From: Phoronis australis
Lineage: Eukaryota > Animalia > Phoronida
NCBI GenBank assembly: GCA_002633005.1
Contig: NMRA01000027.1
Span: 533,275-597,264, forward strand
DNA: 63,990 nt
Direction: 5' to 3'
Shown: positions 1-11,700 of the stretch, one piece after another
Layout of the letters: every line of letters begins with the position of its first letter
Position numbering within the stretch: the stretch's first letter is position 1
Position numbers and translations under genes: made by a program
Notes under the pieces: model-generated
What the model saw: only the letters and a program-made list of their open reading frames with translations
What the model was told of the DNA's origin: nothing
The model's database searches: none

Positions 1-980
1 GGGGGGAGGTGGCTGGGCTCTCGCCTATTCTATAGACATAACATACAACTTATAAATGAAAGCGTTGATAGAAACACTTTCATTATAGAAGACAACCTTC
101 AAGGACAATAACAAATGCATAAAAAAGCTGAAATTCACCCATCTTGCATAATGAAAAACCAATATTTACTCAACTTAGATTTGTCATTGCCTCTGTATGC
201 TCCTCACTCACATGGGAACATTTGTATCAACATTACTGTATGCCACCATGTTTCAGTCCAGTTGTTAAATGTTATCAACAACCTGCAAAAGACGCATATT
301 CATACGTTACCTCACTCAGTCTAACACGTTTGCCTTTCAAACAGCGAATGCTGGGCAGTGGTTTGTAAGATATTGTGCCAAAGCAAGTGGTATGAACAGT
401 ATTATTTCACTGAGACTTCATAACAGTGACGATGATAACAGTGATGGCTATGGTCTGAAGCGATCGTAAATATGTTTGGTTCGGACAACGAGATAAATTA
501 TACACAGCTCATTGGGTTCGGAAATAAATGCATTTTAATTTCATATTTTTAAAGATATTTTTGGGAATTCAGACACAGTTATGTGTTACTACAATGCGGA
601 TTTGTGATGCCAAAAATTGCAAAATATGAAGAAGTAGTGTTTTTTGTGATTATGGTGACGCTAAAGTGATTTTAAGGTCACCTTTAAAAATTCATTCAGG
701 TAAATCATTTGGGGCAATCGAGTAACTCTAATAAAGAACACTTTCAGCCGATTTCATAAAGGTGGTTTAACAAGTCTTAAACCTGGTCTTCCTAAACCTA
801 GCCTAACTTTAGACCTAACTTGCATTTCACCAACATGGTTTAAAAGTCTGAAAACCTGGTTTTGTTAGATCTATAGTGGGTTTAGTAAAATCAGGTTTAA
901 AGTTTCCAAGCTACCCTACTGTGTTGATCTATTGAAACTATTGAAGTGCTTCAATGAAACCTTGATCACGTGGATACACA

Positions 981-1225
981 ATGGCACACATCAGTAGACG
1001 TTTGCGAAAAAGGGATAGAACCTTTTCTCACGAGGAAAAAATGTTCTCTCCCACAACTGATGAGAGAAAAGGCCAATGTCATAGTCGAGAACAATAAAAT
1101 TGATGCCAAATCAATTCAACGTAAGCAGCAGGCTTGGAGACTGAGATATGGCGCCAGAATAAAGGCCAGAAAGAAAATTTCATCAGTGAAAAAATTGTGC
1201 CCAGAAAAACGGCGAGGGACCCAGT
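981..1225 (+). pseudogene. Frameshifted Myb/SANT-like (Myb_DNA-bind_5/MADF-type) ORF remnant of the Harbinger-like element
   Basis: MAHISRRLRKRDRTFSHEEK, then a frameshift, then QLMREKANVIVENNKIDAKSIQRKQQAW ... RIKARKKI. Fits the R..FS.EEK..L..L.....I.EN...D......K..AW pattern of Harbinger second-ORF proteins. Confidence 0.6.
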
Positions 1226-1549
1226 GGCAGATCTAAGATATCAACGATAAGGAGTTTTTTCTCATTTTGTATCGTCTGTGTACAACACACGTACACACAT
1301 TAAAGTACTTGCCCACCGATTAACCGCAACATAGTAAGTGTTGGAATGCCGTGCTGTTACCGACCAATAATAATACAAAATTGTAAAACTGTCTGTGGCA
1401 CACCCTTGACAAAGATGTGGGGATATTTTGATATATTTTAGTACCGACGCTCGTCGTTTTAGTTTTACTAGTTTTACTATTTCATAGTAAAAGTAAATGC
1501 ACACATTTATTTCTGTGTCATTTCACTTTTTTGTGGCCAAAGGGGGGCA

Positions 1550-2268
1550 CAGGGGCGGATCCAAGATTTTGAGTTTTGGGGGCCAGGGCAGAGTATTAAC
1601 CAGGATTTTGCCGGTCAGACATTCGCACCCCCGAACTGCCAAATGCAATATGGGATAATTTAGGGGGGGGGGGAGTATGTCCCCTCACTAAATTCGCCAC
1701 TGGAACATGACCCCTGCCCGGCAACCTGAAATCGGGAACCAATTGAGATGGAACTCAGTCAGAATAATCATTAGATGCCTTTTTAGTCATACACGTAGCG
1801 CTTGCGACGATGACGCTCTGCTCGAACCGTCATATTCTGAGGAATCCGCAGGATACCCTTCGGTACGTACTGGTCTACATGTACGTATACTTGGGCGAAT
1901 CCAGGATGCAAGGGGTCCCGACCCCCCTTTTCTTTTAATTTAGTGATATCAAATGTATAATTTTCAAATTGTTGACGCAGACCCTCCTTTTAAAAATCCT
2001 TGATCCGACCCCAGGGGCGGATTTTTTTTGGGGAGGGGGCAATTGGCCCCCCTAAAATTCTTCCATATACCATTTGGCAGTTCGGGGTGCGGGGGCGAAG
2101 TGCACAATGCAAATCCCGGTCTCCGTTTTTTTAGTAATAAGGTCCATAAACCCAAAAATTCGACACCCCTGCAATCCTACAATTTAGTCTGGGCGTGCGA
2201 CGCATGTGGCGAAATTCTGGTTATTCCTGTGCCCTGCCCCCCAACTCAAAATCCTGGATCTGCCCCTG
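1550..2268. mobile_element. GC-rich palindromic MITE(s), hAT-like CAGGGGCGGATCC termini, nested in the Harbinger-like element
   Basis: Ends CAGGGGCGGATCCAAGATTTTGAGTT...AACTCAAAATCCTGGATCTGCCCCTG with ~60-bp inverted arms. Inner inverted pair ~1625-1701 / ~2012-2095. Related ends at ~1892-2011 and ~2270-2302. No clean TSD seen. Confidence 0.65.
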
Positions 2269-5200
2269 GACCCCTCCCCTTTAAAAATTCTTGGATTCCC
2301 CTGTTACGTTTGATCTTGTGTCGTCCTGAATATTGAAAATAGTCCGTTCCCCCACTGCGTCGCAAATGCAACCGGTACAGCCTCATCCAGTTACACCTGA
2401 CCAAGTCTAAAATTAAGCCCGGTTTAAGACTAAGTTAACTAAGTAACCTATACCTCGTTGGTGAAATGAAAACTGACTTAGACCAGGTCTGAACTGAAGT
2501 TAAACCAGGTTTTACTAGACCACCGCTCTAGAAGTTAAACCACCTTCATAAATGCAGATTATCTTTAAACCTGGTCTAACACCAGTGTAAACCAGGCTTA
2601 ACTTTAAATCACCTTATATGAAATCAGCTGTTTATGTCCAGTAAGTTATCCCAAGGAAATGACCTGAGAACAGTTTCATCCTATTAATGGCCCATAGGTA
2701 GCGCACAAGTTCATACTATGGCCCATAGGTGGCGTACAAGTTTATTGTGCAAAGAAAGACATGATGAACCAATATCAACGTTGTTGCCGAGGCTTGTAAT
2801 ATGGATTGGTGAGATTATTGTGTATAGAGACAGAATAGAAACATCAAAATAATGCCACTTACAACTTTTAACTTTAACTTGAAACGGAAAGGAATCAAAC
2901 AGTCCAACAAATTAAAATGTGCTGATCTGTTGAACATTTTCAGTAGGCCTAACTTCAGATTTTCACACTATTCACAGATTTCTTTCAGTTTCATTTGTAG
3001 GCTAACTGAAGTGAAAATGTCTTCTCTCTCTCGCAACTTCATCAGTCACTGAAATGATTGAATCTCTAAACTGGCAAACCCTAGAATTCTTCCGCTACCT
3101 CTCCAAAATCTCCACATTCTATAAAATTGTCCACCAGTCCATCGCCATTCCCAATACATAATCCTTCCATAGTACCACTACCCACAACACATAGATGCCG
3201 TACTTCATGACTCCTCAGTGTTGCACCGCATATCTGCAAAGTTCCTTCTTCCCATCCACAACAGTCTCCTGGAACAACTTACTTGCCCACGTCATTTTTG
3301 CTGCCTTTCTGGATCACTTCTAGGCAGCCCTCCTCTCATATTAGTTATCACTGCACCCTCACACTAGACTCTTGTACATACACACCTTGCCATTGCACTT
3401 TTAATTCATAACATGCACCACTTCAGAATCCTTGACTTCGAGTGTGAAGTACTCCAAGAGAGATAGATAGAGATAATTATCAGTATCTTGTCTGAGAAAT
3501 GTCGATCAGTTATTCTTTCGAAAATATGATCGATAAAAGTATTTACAATCTACGGGGGAGTTTTGCAGAAAAAATATTGGAAAACTTGCTTTCTATAGTC
3601 ACAGAAGAATGTGCAAAATCATCCACCAGCTTGTACCATGTCTTGAAACCAGGATCTTTAGTCAGCGTGTCCTATGAAACCGGGGAACGTTTAGGATTCA
3701 ATCATGCATTTTTTCCTAATAAATGCCTTAGATGTATCTATGGAAAGTTCTGAAATATGCCCACAGAACATATATCAATATGGGCTTGTCTGCAAAAAAA
3801 TCTTTTATCAGAAAACACCATATCCAGTCACCAGAACTTTAACTCACTTGAAGTGGCGACACATTGCGTAGAAACGGCAGATCAAATCTCCCATATATAC
3901 TATACAACCTTATGTTGGAGTTGGTCAAGGATGCTTAATATATGAATATTACGACCTCACGTTACCTTAAACAAGTTCCCATCTGTGCTGCTTCTTTTGG
4001 ACGTGACTGGCAGATGGGTGACCTTCCTATAACCATTTGTATGTTTCCGTTTCACCTCAAACACATTGTCTTTAACGGTATTCAGTCTTCAATTTTGTTG
4101 ACTGAAGGAAGTGAAGGAGAATTGGAAAAAAGTTGATTGCTGAGATGATTGCTCAATTTGGAAGGCTTTAAAGACTCCATTTTCTTCTTATGGTGCCATC
4201 TATGTGGGAATGGTAGTGGCACAACTTAGATAGTTTTGTGAAGGTTTTAAGCATAATTTGCAGAAAATCTTCCAGCATACAGACATAATTAGGTTATGCT
4301 GTCGTTTAGCGTGACCTCAGATGGTCCTCACTCATGAATCCAAAAGAAACAAATAAATCCCTGGTTTCCTGCAAAACCTGCTGTGAATAGTCAACAGTGT
4401 AAAAAGTTCTGGTTTGACCCACCTTCAAATACACATCCACTGTGTGGGGCCCTTACATTAGAAACTCTGCCATTCCATGGAACCTGATACTGCTTCTATA
4501 ACTGATAGTGTCATCAATTCTCCTGACACAAGAATTGGTCTCCAAGTTCTTTTTATGTGGAGCGGAGCAATTACTGTGGTACAAGTGACTTTACAGCAAT
4601 AAAACACTGGCTAAAATAAAATGCAATATCGTGAACAGAAACTTGTGTTTTTTAAGTGTTTGACTTCTGAAATTAAATTCTTCCTGAAAAGTTATGTTAG
4701 GACCATTTTATACTGAAGAAATACAATAAAAATTAGCCCCAACATTTGTAAATTTGTTTTTTCTTTTGATCAGTTGGGAGAGATGTGTTCACCATAATGC
4801 TTATCGTATCAGATAATTGGATGCTAGGGTTAATTTGGTTCAAGGGTGGCATGACCGCTTAACAATAGCCTAGATTGGTTTCTGTGTTTGGAAACCAGCT
4901 TCCTTCTGGAGTTGAAACTAACTGAGTGTGAGAGTTATATGTAATGCCACTCACCTGGATGTCACCACTACAGAGAAAGAATGAAAAAAGTGCTCTCTGT
5001 GGGTCCTGAGGAGGTCCGACACACATCCTCAGTGGGATTAGGCATTGTTACACACCATTAAGTGACTTCTCAGCCACTGAAATTAAATTTATAGGGATGT
5101 TCACAAATATTCAATAGTCATCACTGGCAGATCCAGTATGACACAAGGAGGCACTAGTAATTTTTATGGAAAAATGTTCGCTTAAGTTGTAAGAATGGCA

Positions 5201-5269
5201 TGCTGCTGACTTTTTTGCAGAATCGAATAGGGGTTGCTTCGTCTTTCTGCCTATGGTCATCAGTTCTGA

Positions 5270-5596
5270 GTCTGTCTGGGGTGAATCTGTCCAGACGGTT
5301 CTAGTCTAGATATGTTCTAGGGTGAACCTGTCTAGACGGTTCTAGTCTAGACATGTTCCAGGGTGAATCTGTCTAGACGGTTCTAGTATAGATGTGTTCC
5401 AGGGTGAATCTGTCTAGACGGTTCTAGTCTAGATATGTTCCAGGGTGAACCTGTCTAGATGGTTCTAGTCTAGACATGTTCCAGAGTGAATCTGTCTAGA
5501 CGGTTCTAGTCTAGACATGTTCCTGGGTGGGCGCATGGTGTAGACGGTTCTAGTCTAGACATGTCGGGTGAATCTGTTTAGACCATTCTAGTCTAG
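5270..5596. repeat. 41-bp minisatellite, ~8 copies
   Basis: Unit GGGTGAATCTGTCTAGACGGTTCTAGTCTAGACATGTTCCA, e.g. starts at 5361 and 5402. Confidence 0.93.
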
Positions 5597-5744
5597 TTTT
5601 GTTTTGAAGAAATTAATGCTTGTAAACACAGGTAAAACCTATAGGTGACACCTTGACTCAGTCGCATGCATTCTTTTCTTTTATAGGCTTCTAAAACAAA
5701 TCATGACATTTTCCACTTAGACGTTGAAGCATGAGTGAGTCATC

Positions 5745-8700
5745 ATGTCAAGACCACTGGAAGACCTAAAGCAAGCCATATTTTATACGGTGATGAGAAT
5801 GCTGAGTATTTGTCTTGTCACTGTTGTTCTGCTCGTGGTGCTACCATGCTACATTATGTCTGGCATGTTGGCAAGAGGTGCAGATGGTGTCACTGACAAA
5901 ATGTCATCTGAAAAGGACTGGCTGATGAAGAACAACCTCTTAGATATGAAACACGCTTTTCCTGGTAAATTGTGTGATTAATGGTCAAAATGTTACTCGT
6001 TGACTTGTGCTGTGTTAAAATCTCACCAATTTAGCTCAGGGTTTTGGGAATAAGTGTTTCTACATTTTCAAGTTGTGTAAGGAAACTTTTGTCTTACATC
6101 ATTTTGAAAAAAATTATATCTATTCACTACAATATTTGTTATAAGCCTTTGGAAAATGAAGAAAAGGAAGGGATGCAGATATTTTTTTTCCAAAACTGCT
6201 GATATTTTACTGTATAAACTTAATTGATGCAAATTACTTTTCTCGGTAAAATTTACATGAGGTTTTAGTTTGATTCATACTTTCATAACTTTTTTGTTTT
6301 TGTATCCTTTGTCATCAACATACATATCCTCCAAACTTGTCGAAGAATCATGATGAAAGGTGCTAGGTGTGTTGTTATTGTGGAGGGCATTTCTGACTTG
6401 CTTTGTACCCAGTAGAGGGAAATTATTTCTACTACAATTGCTCTGTTTAGTGGGATTGTATGTAACAATGATCATCTCTTGTATCTGTGCTGTATGTCAT
6501 GCACACAGTGTGTGCATGTCAGCACTCTTCGTTGCTCTTGTTCAACACTGGATTCCAAGTGTGGTAAACCTATTCTCTTCGTAACCATTGCTGTACAAGC
6601 TTGAATAAGATTGCTGGTCCGTGAAATAACACATTACACAAGCTAACTTTGCAAGCTTAGTGTGGAACCTTGAATGAGGGAAACGCCTCAATAATTTGAG
6701 CCAGTTGTGAATAAGGGAGCGCATTTTATCTTAAAGCCCATGCAATAGCGTCTTTGAAAACCTGTTTATCTTCTTGGGAAGAGCCATTTATTTTGTATCT
6801 TTAATATGATGAAATTTGTCGCTAATTACACAAGTGAAAGCCGTGCACATGTGATACTTCAGGGGACAGATTCACCTGCGTAAAATTGATTAAATTGAGC
6901 TTGAAGTTTGTGACTTAGGCTTGATTTACTAAGCACTGAGTGGGTCTTGAATTAACCGTGTCATTAAGGTTTACTTAACTCTATGAGATCAGTGTGGTCC
7001 TATGTAACTATGAGATGAGGTTCATGTTTGTGGTCATAACTGTCGGGTGAGCTTGATGTTTGTGGTCATAACAGTCGGATGATTTGATGTTTGTGGTCGT
7101 AACTGTCAAGTGATTTGATGTTTGTGGTCATAACTGTCAAGTGAGGTTGATGTTTGCAGACACCACGTTTGAGGAGTTTATCCAGTTCCATCTTTCCTCT
7201 CACTCATGGCACAAACTGGACGGTTTGTCCGACAGGGACAAAGACAGAATCACGCTTGCATCTAAACTTGCTGCTGAGAAATTGGCTTTGGAGCTGTGGA
7301 TGAAACAGAACGACATCAAGGCAGACTATTCTATGTGAGTTTTGTCTTCACCTGTAATCTTACTGAGTATTTCAAATGAGAGTTGTTTATATATTAGAGA
7401 ATCCTACACGAGTCCCAGGTTGATGACATGGGCAAAACCTCTTGGAAATTTCATCAAAATCCCGAGGCTTGCCGAAGGATTTTGACAAAATTTGCTAGAG
7501 GTTTTGCCCATGTCATAAATCTGAGATGAGTGTAGCATTTGTTTTCTCTTATGAACCGTAAAAACGATCTTTTTGCCCAAAAACTCGACATGTCTAAAAC
7601 TTTCAGCCATGCGACACAGCTTTTGTAAAAACACGCTTGCGCATGTACATTAAACAGGATGCTGAGTACACTTACAGGTGCTGAAGTATATAATATTGTG
7701 CAGTGCGAAATAATACGCACTTACCTGATAATACAATCTATTGTTATGTTATTATTTTTCACAATTACTGCTATTATAATTATTATTTTATAATAATTTG
7801 GGTTTGTTATTTTCACTGCCACTATATATTACAGACTTCAACAGCTGGGTCTGGGCAGTCTACAGTCCTTATCTCAAGCTGACCATGACCAGGTGCAGGC
7901 TCTTGTCGCTTCGTTTCATTACTCCTTGGCTCGCACCAACTACCAGCTATGGACATGGGTTGTCCGGCAATTGAACAAGGATCTACGGCATGATCCTCAA
8001 TTGGAGAGGCGATACATCAACCAGTACCTCAGTCAAAGCAAGCGTTCTACCATTTTGGAAGGTAGTATTAGTAGTAGCAGTATTCACTAGTATATTGTCA
8101 TGGCTGGTCACACCAAAGTTGACACCTGAACCATAAGTGTCAGCATTTCAAAGTGTTTCCAAGGTAATGCTTAAGTGGACATGCATGCACAAAGTCGTGC
8201 TTTTGATAAGATCTTCTCAGCAATTGTTAGGTTCACTTAGTAATACTTTATTATCATGTAAAACCATTTCTCACGTAGTCTAAGGGGATGTGTGAATAAG
8301 CTGTTGGCTTGTGGTGTGTAATTCACACACTGTTACTATTACGTAATCACAGTTCAATGTTGCCACTCATGTACTCTCTATGTCTAGTAATATTTACATA
8401 GCATGTGTCTGTAAACTAAAGTTAACATAGCTTTTTACACTGTTAAATTTGGGCTAACACTTTACAGAACATAATGTTTTTAGTAATATCATATTCGCCC
8501 TAATAAGGGCCGATGACCCTATAAGCGCCCTCCACGCGTTTTCAGACTTTGCTAACATAAGCGCCCAGTCCATGAACACCGTGTACACGCGAAAAATGCC
8601 TTACCTACAGTTCTAAAATTCTACTGTAACGTCTTCAATTTATCAATAACATCCGACAGTCCTGAAAAAAATCATTGTGCGTGTAATTTGTAGACCATGA

Positions 8701-11700
8701 GCCTCGCCGTGACTATACACTTCAAACTTCTGTCGTGCTTCAAAAAGAATGCAAGAAATTTGCTGATCTTGCGAGGGACGTGTCCTATTATAGTCTGGCC
8801 TTTCAGAACAGACTCAGCGTTGGGCTATAATAAGCGCCCCCTTCCTGAAGTGAATTTTTCTAAGCGCCCTGGGCGCTTATTAGGGCAAATACGGTAAGTT
8901 GATCTTTCATTACATTTTACTCCAGGGACCAGTCTTCTATACAAAGTCGGTGTCACAGTTGCTGTCATACTTGGTGTGCTCTGTATCACTTCACTGTTGT
9001 CAAACGGTGGGAGCACCAGTGGAAAGACCATCGCAGGGCACCAGGTCTCAGTGGCTTCCTACCTGTCAGGTACTTACCTGGCTCCACAGAAGTGTCGAGT
9101 CAGCTGGTGGTGGGAGGAGCCTTGCTCGGTGGGCCGTACTGTGTCCTTTGATGTGCATGTAAGTGAGTTGTATGGTAATTAGGCACAGTGATTTGTTGTA
9201 CAAAATGAACTTAAAAAGAGCTTAATTGCCTCACGGATGGTTTTATGGAGCTTAAACCTTCATTACCAAAAAACCTCTGACATTGAGACTAGATTATCAA
9301 ATGAAATAGTTAGATTTCAAGTTTTTCTGTAGCTGGTGGGGGCAGGCCATCGATAGTCATTGTTAATAGCGTTTGATGGGATGATAGACTGATGACAGAT
9401 GGATGACGGACAGATGATGGGCTAATGACACAAACAGATGACGGATTGATGACAGACTGATGATGAAAAAATGATGGACATATGTCAGATTGGTAAAAGG
9501 CAGGTGATGGACTGATGATGGACAGACAATGGTGTGATGACAGACTGATGATGGACAAACGATACAATGATGACAGATTTGTAATGCACAGGTGATGGAC
9601 TGATGATTGACAAATGATGGGCTAATGACGGATTGGTAACAGACAGGTGAAGGACAGGTGACACACATTCGTTCAAAGTGGAGCCACTGAGTTTCAATGT
9701 ATTTGTAGGGACAGAGATGTTTACAGTGCTTACTGCAGGACATGCAAATTGAAAATAAACATTACTTACGGAGGGAAATCTGACATAGTTGAGCAAATCA
9801 GTACCGCTATACACAATGTCACTCGTCAGAATCTGCGACCATGAGACTAGCTTTTTCCCCAGTAACAGTGATCTCTCTATAATTAATGCGGGCATGCTTG
9901 AATGTTCAGTCTTGTGCAAAGTGATGAACAAATCCCTTGCAAATATGAGACCTAATCATTTGTTCATAAGCAGTTTATAGCTGCCACCTTGTGGTAAGGA
10001 TGAAAAGTGACCCTTTAGTTACCAACATGTCTGACTATACTTATTGTGTTATGGTGAGAGAGTGTGCCTTGGATGACACCAGGGGGTGCTGCTGTTTGTG
10101 TACATCAATCTGACTGAACATACTATCTTTGCTTGCCTTGTTGTAGTTCATTATGTATAATGGGAAGCCCTATCCCATCTCTGACTTGGATAATGTCATC
10201 ATTGACATCTGTCTGGGGGAAAATAAGATAAACACCACAGAGGAGTTTGGTCTGACGGAAGATGCCAATGTCGTCAAAGTATCTTTCAGCGTTATTCAGT
10301 CTGGTGACTATTGGATAAAAGTACGCGTGGGAGGCTGGGATATTCATGGAAGTCCATTTGTCAAGAAGTTCGATCCAGGTGGGTTAGATTTCTGTTGGTG
10401 ATGACTGACAAGCTCAATACTCAATAGATCAAGCATTTCTGAACCTTACTAAAGTTAATATATTTTGGGATGCCTACTTCTTACATTAGAGATTTGTTAA
10501 GTATAACACATCTGTTGTCTAAGATTCTTAATCATCATTTTCTCAAGTTAAATGAAAAAGTTATATGCATTGACTGGTTTATTTTTTACCTTTTGTTGTG
10601 GCCAGGGCCCCCCGTGCCAAGTAAAACACAGTTTGCTCCATACAACTCTACTATTGTGCTGACCTCTGGTGTGCCATATATTCTCTACGTTGAACCAAGA
10701 GATGAGTTCAATAATGTGTGCAGGTATAAACATGTGATCCAAGTGACTGACGACTATACACTTGAAGCTGTAGAGGTAAGTGTGCTCTGAGGTTGCCTCC
10801 CCTTACTGGCATTTCTTTATTCCTGAAGCACCACCTAGTGGGCAAAAATAAACATTAACATTTTATGTTCAGGCTTCAGTCATGACAAATTGCAGGCGTA
10901 TTGGGGTCGTGTCAGTTATGCATTGGCATTGATGGTCTTGTTTATGTTATGTTTATTTTCATTTTTATTTCTTGTGTATGCATTGCCTGGGACTGGAGTT
11001 GTAGTCCCATTCATAAACAATTCAAGATGGAATGAGTGAATGAGCAAGAGGGTATTTAATATGTTGGTTTTCTTCCATTTTAGGTCAGTAGTGGTAGTCA
11101 AGTTATACCATCAATGAGTTTCTCCTACAAACAAGCATCTGGTCTGATTGAGATGTCTGTGATAGTGTATCAGCCAGGCTGTTACCAAACCAAGACTTTG
11201 TACAAGGGCGAGAAGATTCATAATGGGGAGTGCAATGCTATTGTTTTATCAGGTAAAAATTTGCTAAGAATAAGCTAGGGACTAATGTTGTCACCCCCTT
11301 TTTCAAGATTCAGAGTGTCGATGGAGTTCTTGATGTTGTGTAATAACTGCACTATAATTCAAGAAACTTCGACCTTCCTGCGTCATTACTGGCTTTTGGC
11401 TGAAGACACATCAACCAGTTACTTTGTAATCTATGGCAGGCTAGCATTGCCTAAGCTTGCGTGAAGATTTTCTCGATGGTTGAAAAAATTGTAGAGCTCA
11501 AGTGGTTGGCAGTGGGCCTGGTGCTCACAACTTTTGTTTGTATGTTTATCTTTTGGATTATAGATCGATTGTGCCAATCAAGAAGTACATATCAGGGAAG
11601 TACAGCAGACACTAATGTTATGAGACATCGGGTTTTCATAACAATTCTTCTCAGAACATGTCACTCAAATATTTAACAGGCTGCTGCCTTGGTTACTGGC

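Larger units (their letters stand above)
745..2630. mobile_element. Internally deleted PIF/Harbinger-like DNA transposon
   Basis: TIRs CAGCCGATTTCATAAAGGTGGTTTAA (745-) and its near reverse complement TTAAATCACCTTATATGAAATCAGCTG (-2630). Reiterated subterminal TAAACC(T/A)GG motifs at both ends. Internal Myb/SANT-like remnant. Confidence 0.7.

Noticed and set aside
3060-4600. Possibly decayed coding or retroelement sequence upstream of AREL1
   Set aside because: Multiple stops and no motif I can recognise. It needs tBLASTx or Dfam.
9310-9931. Ser/His/Ile-rich minus-strand ORFs up to 148 aa
   Set aside because: Derived from low-complexity GATGA/GACA repeats.
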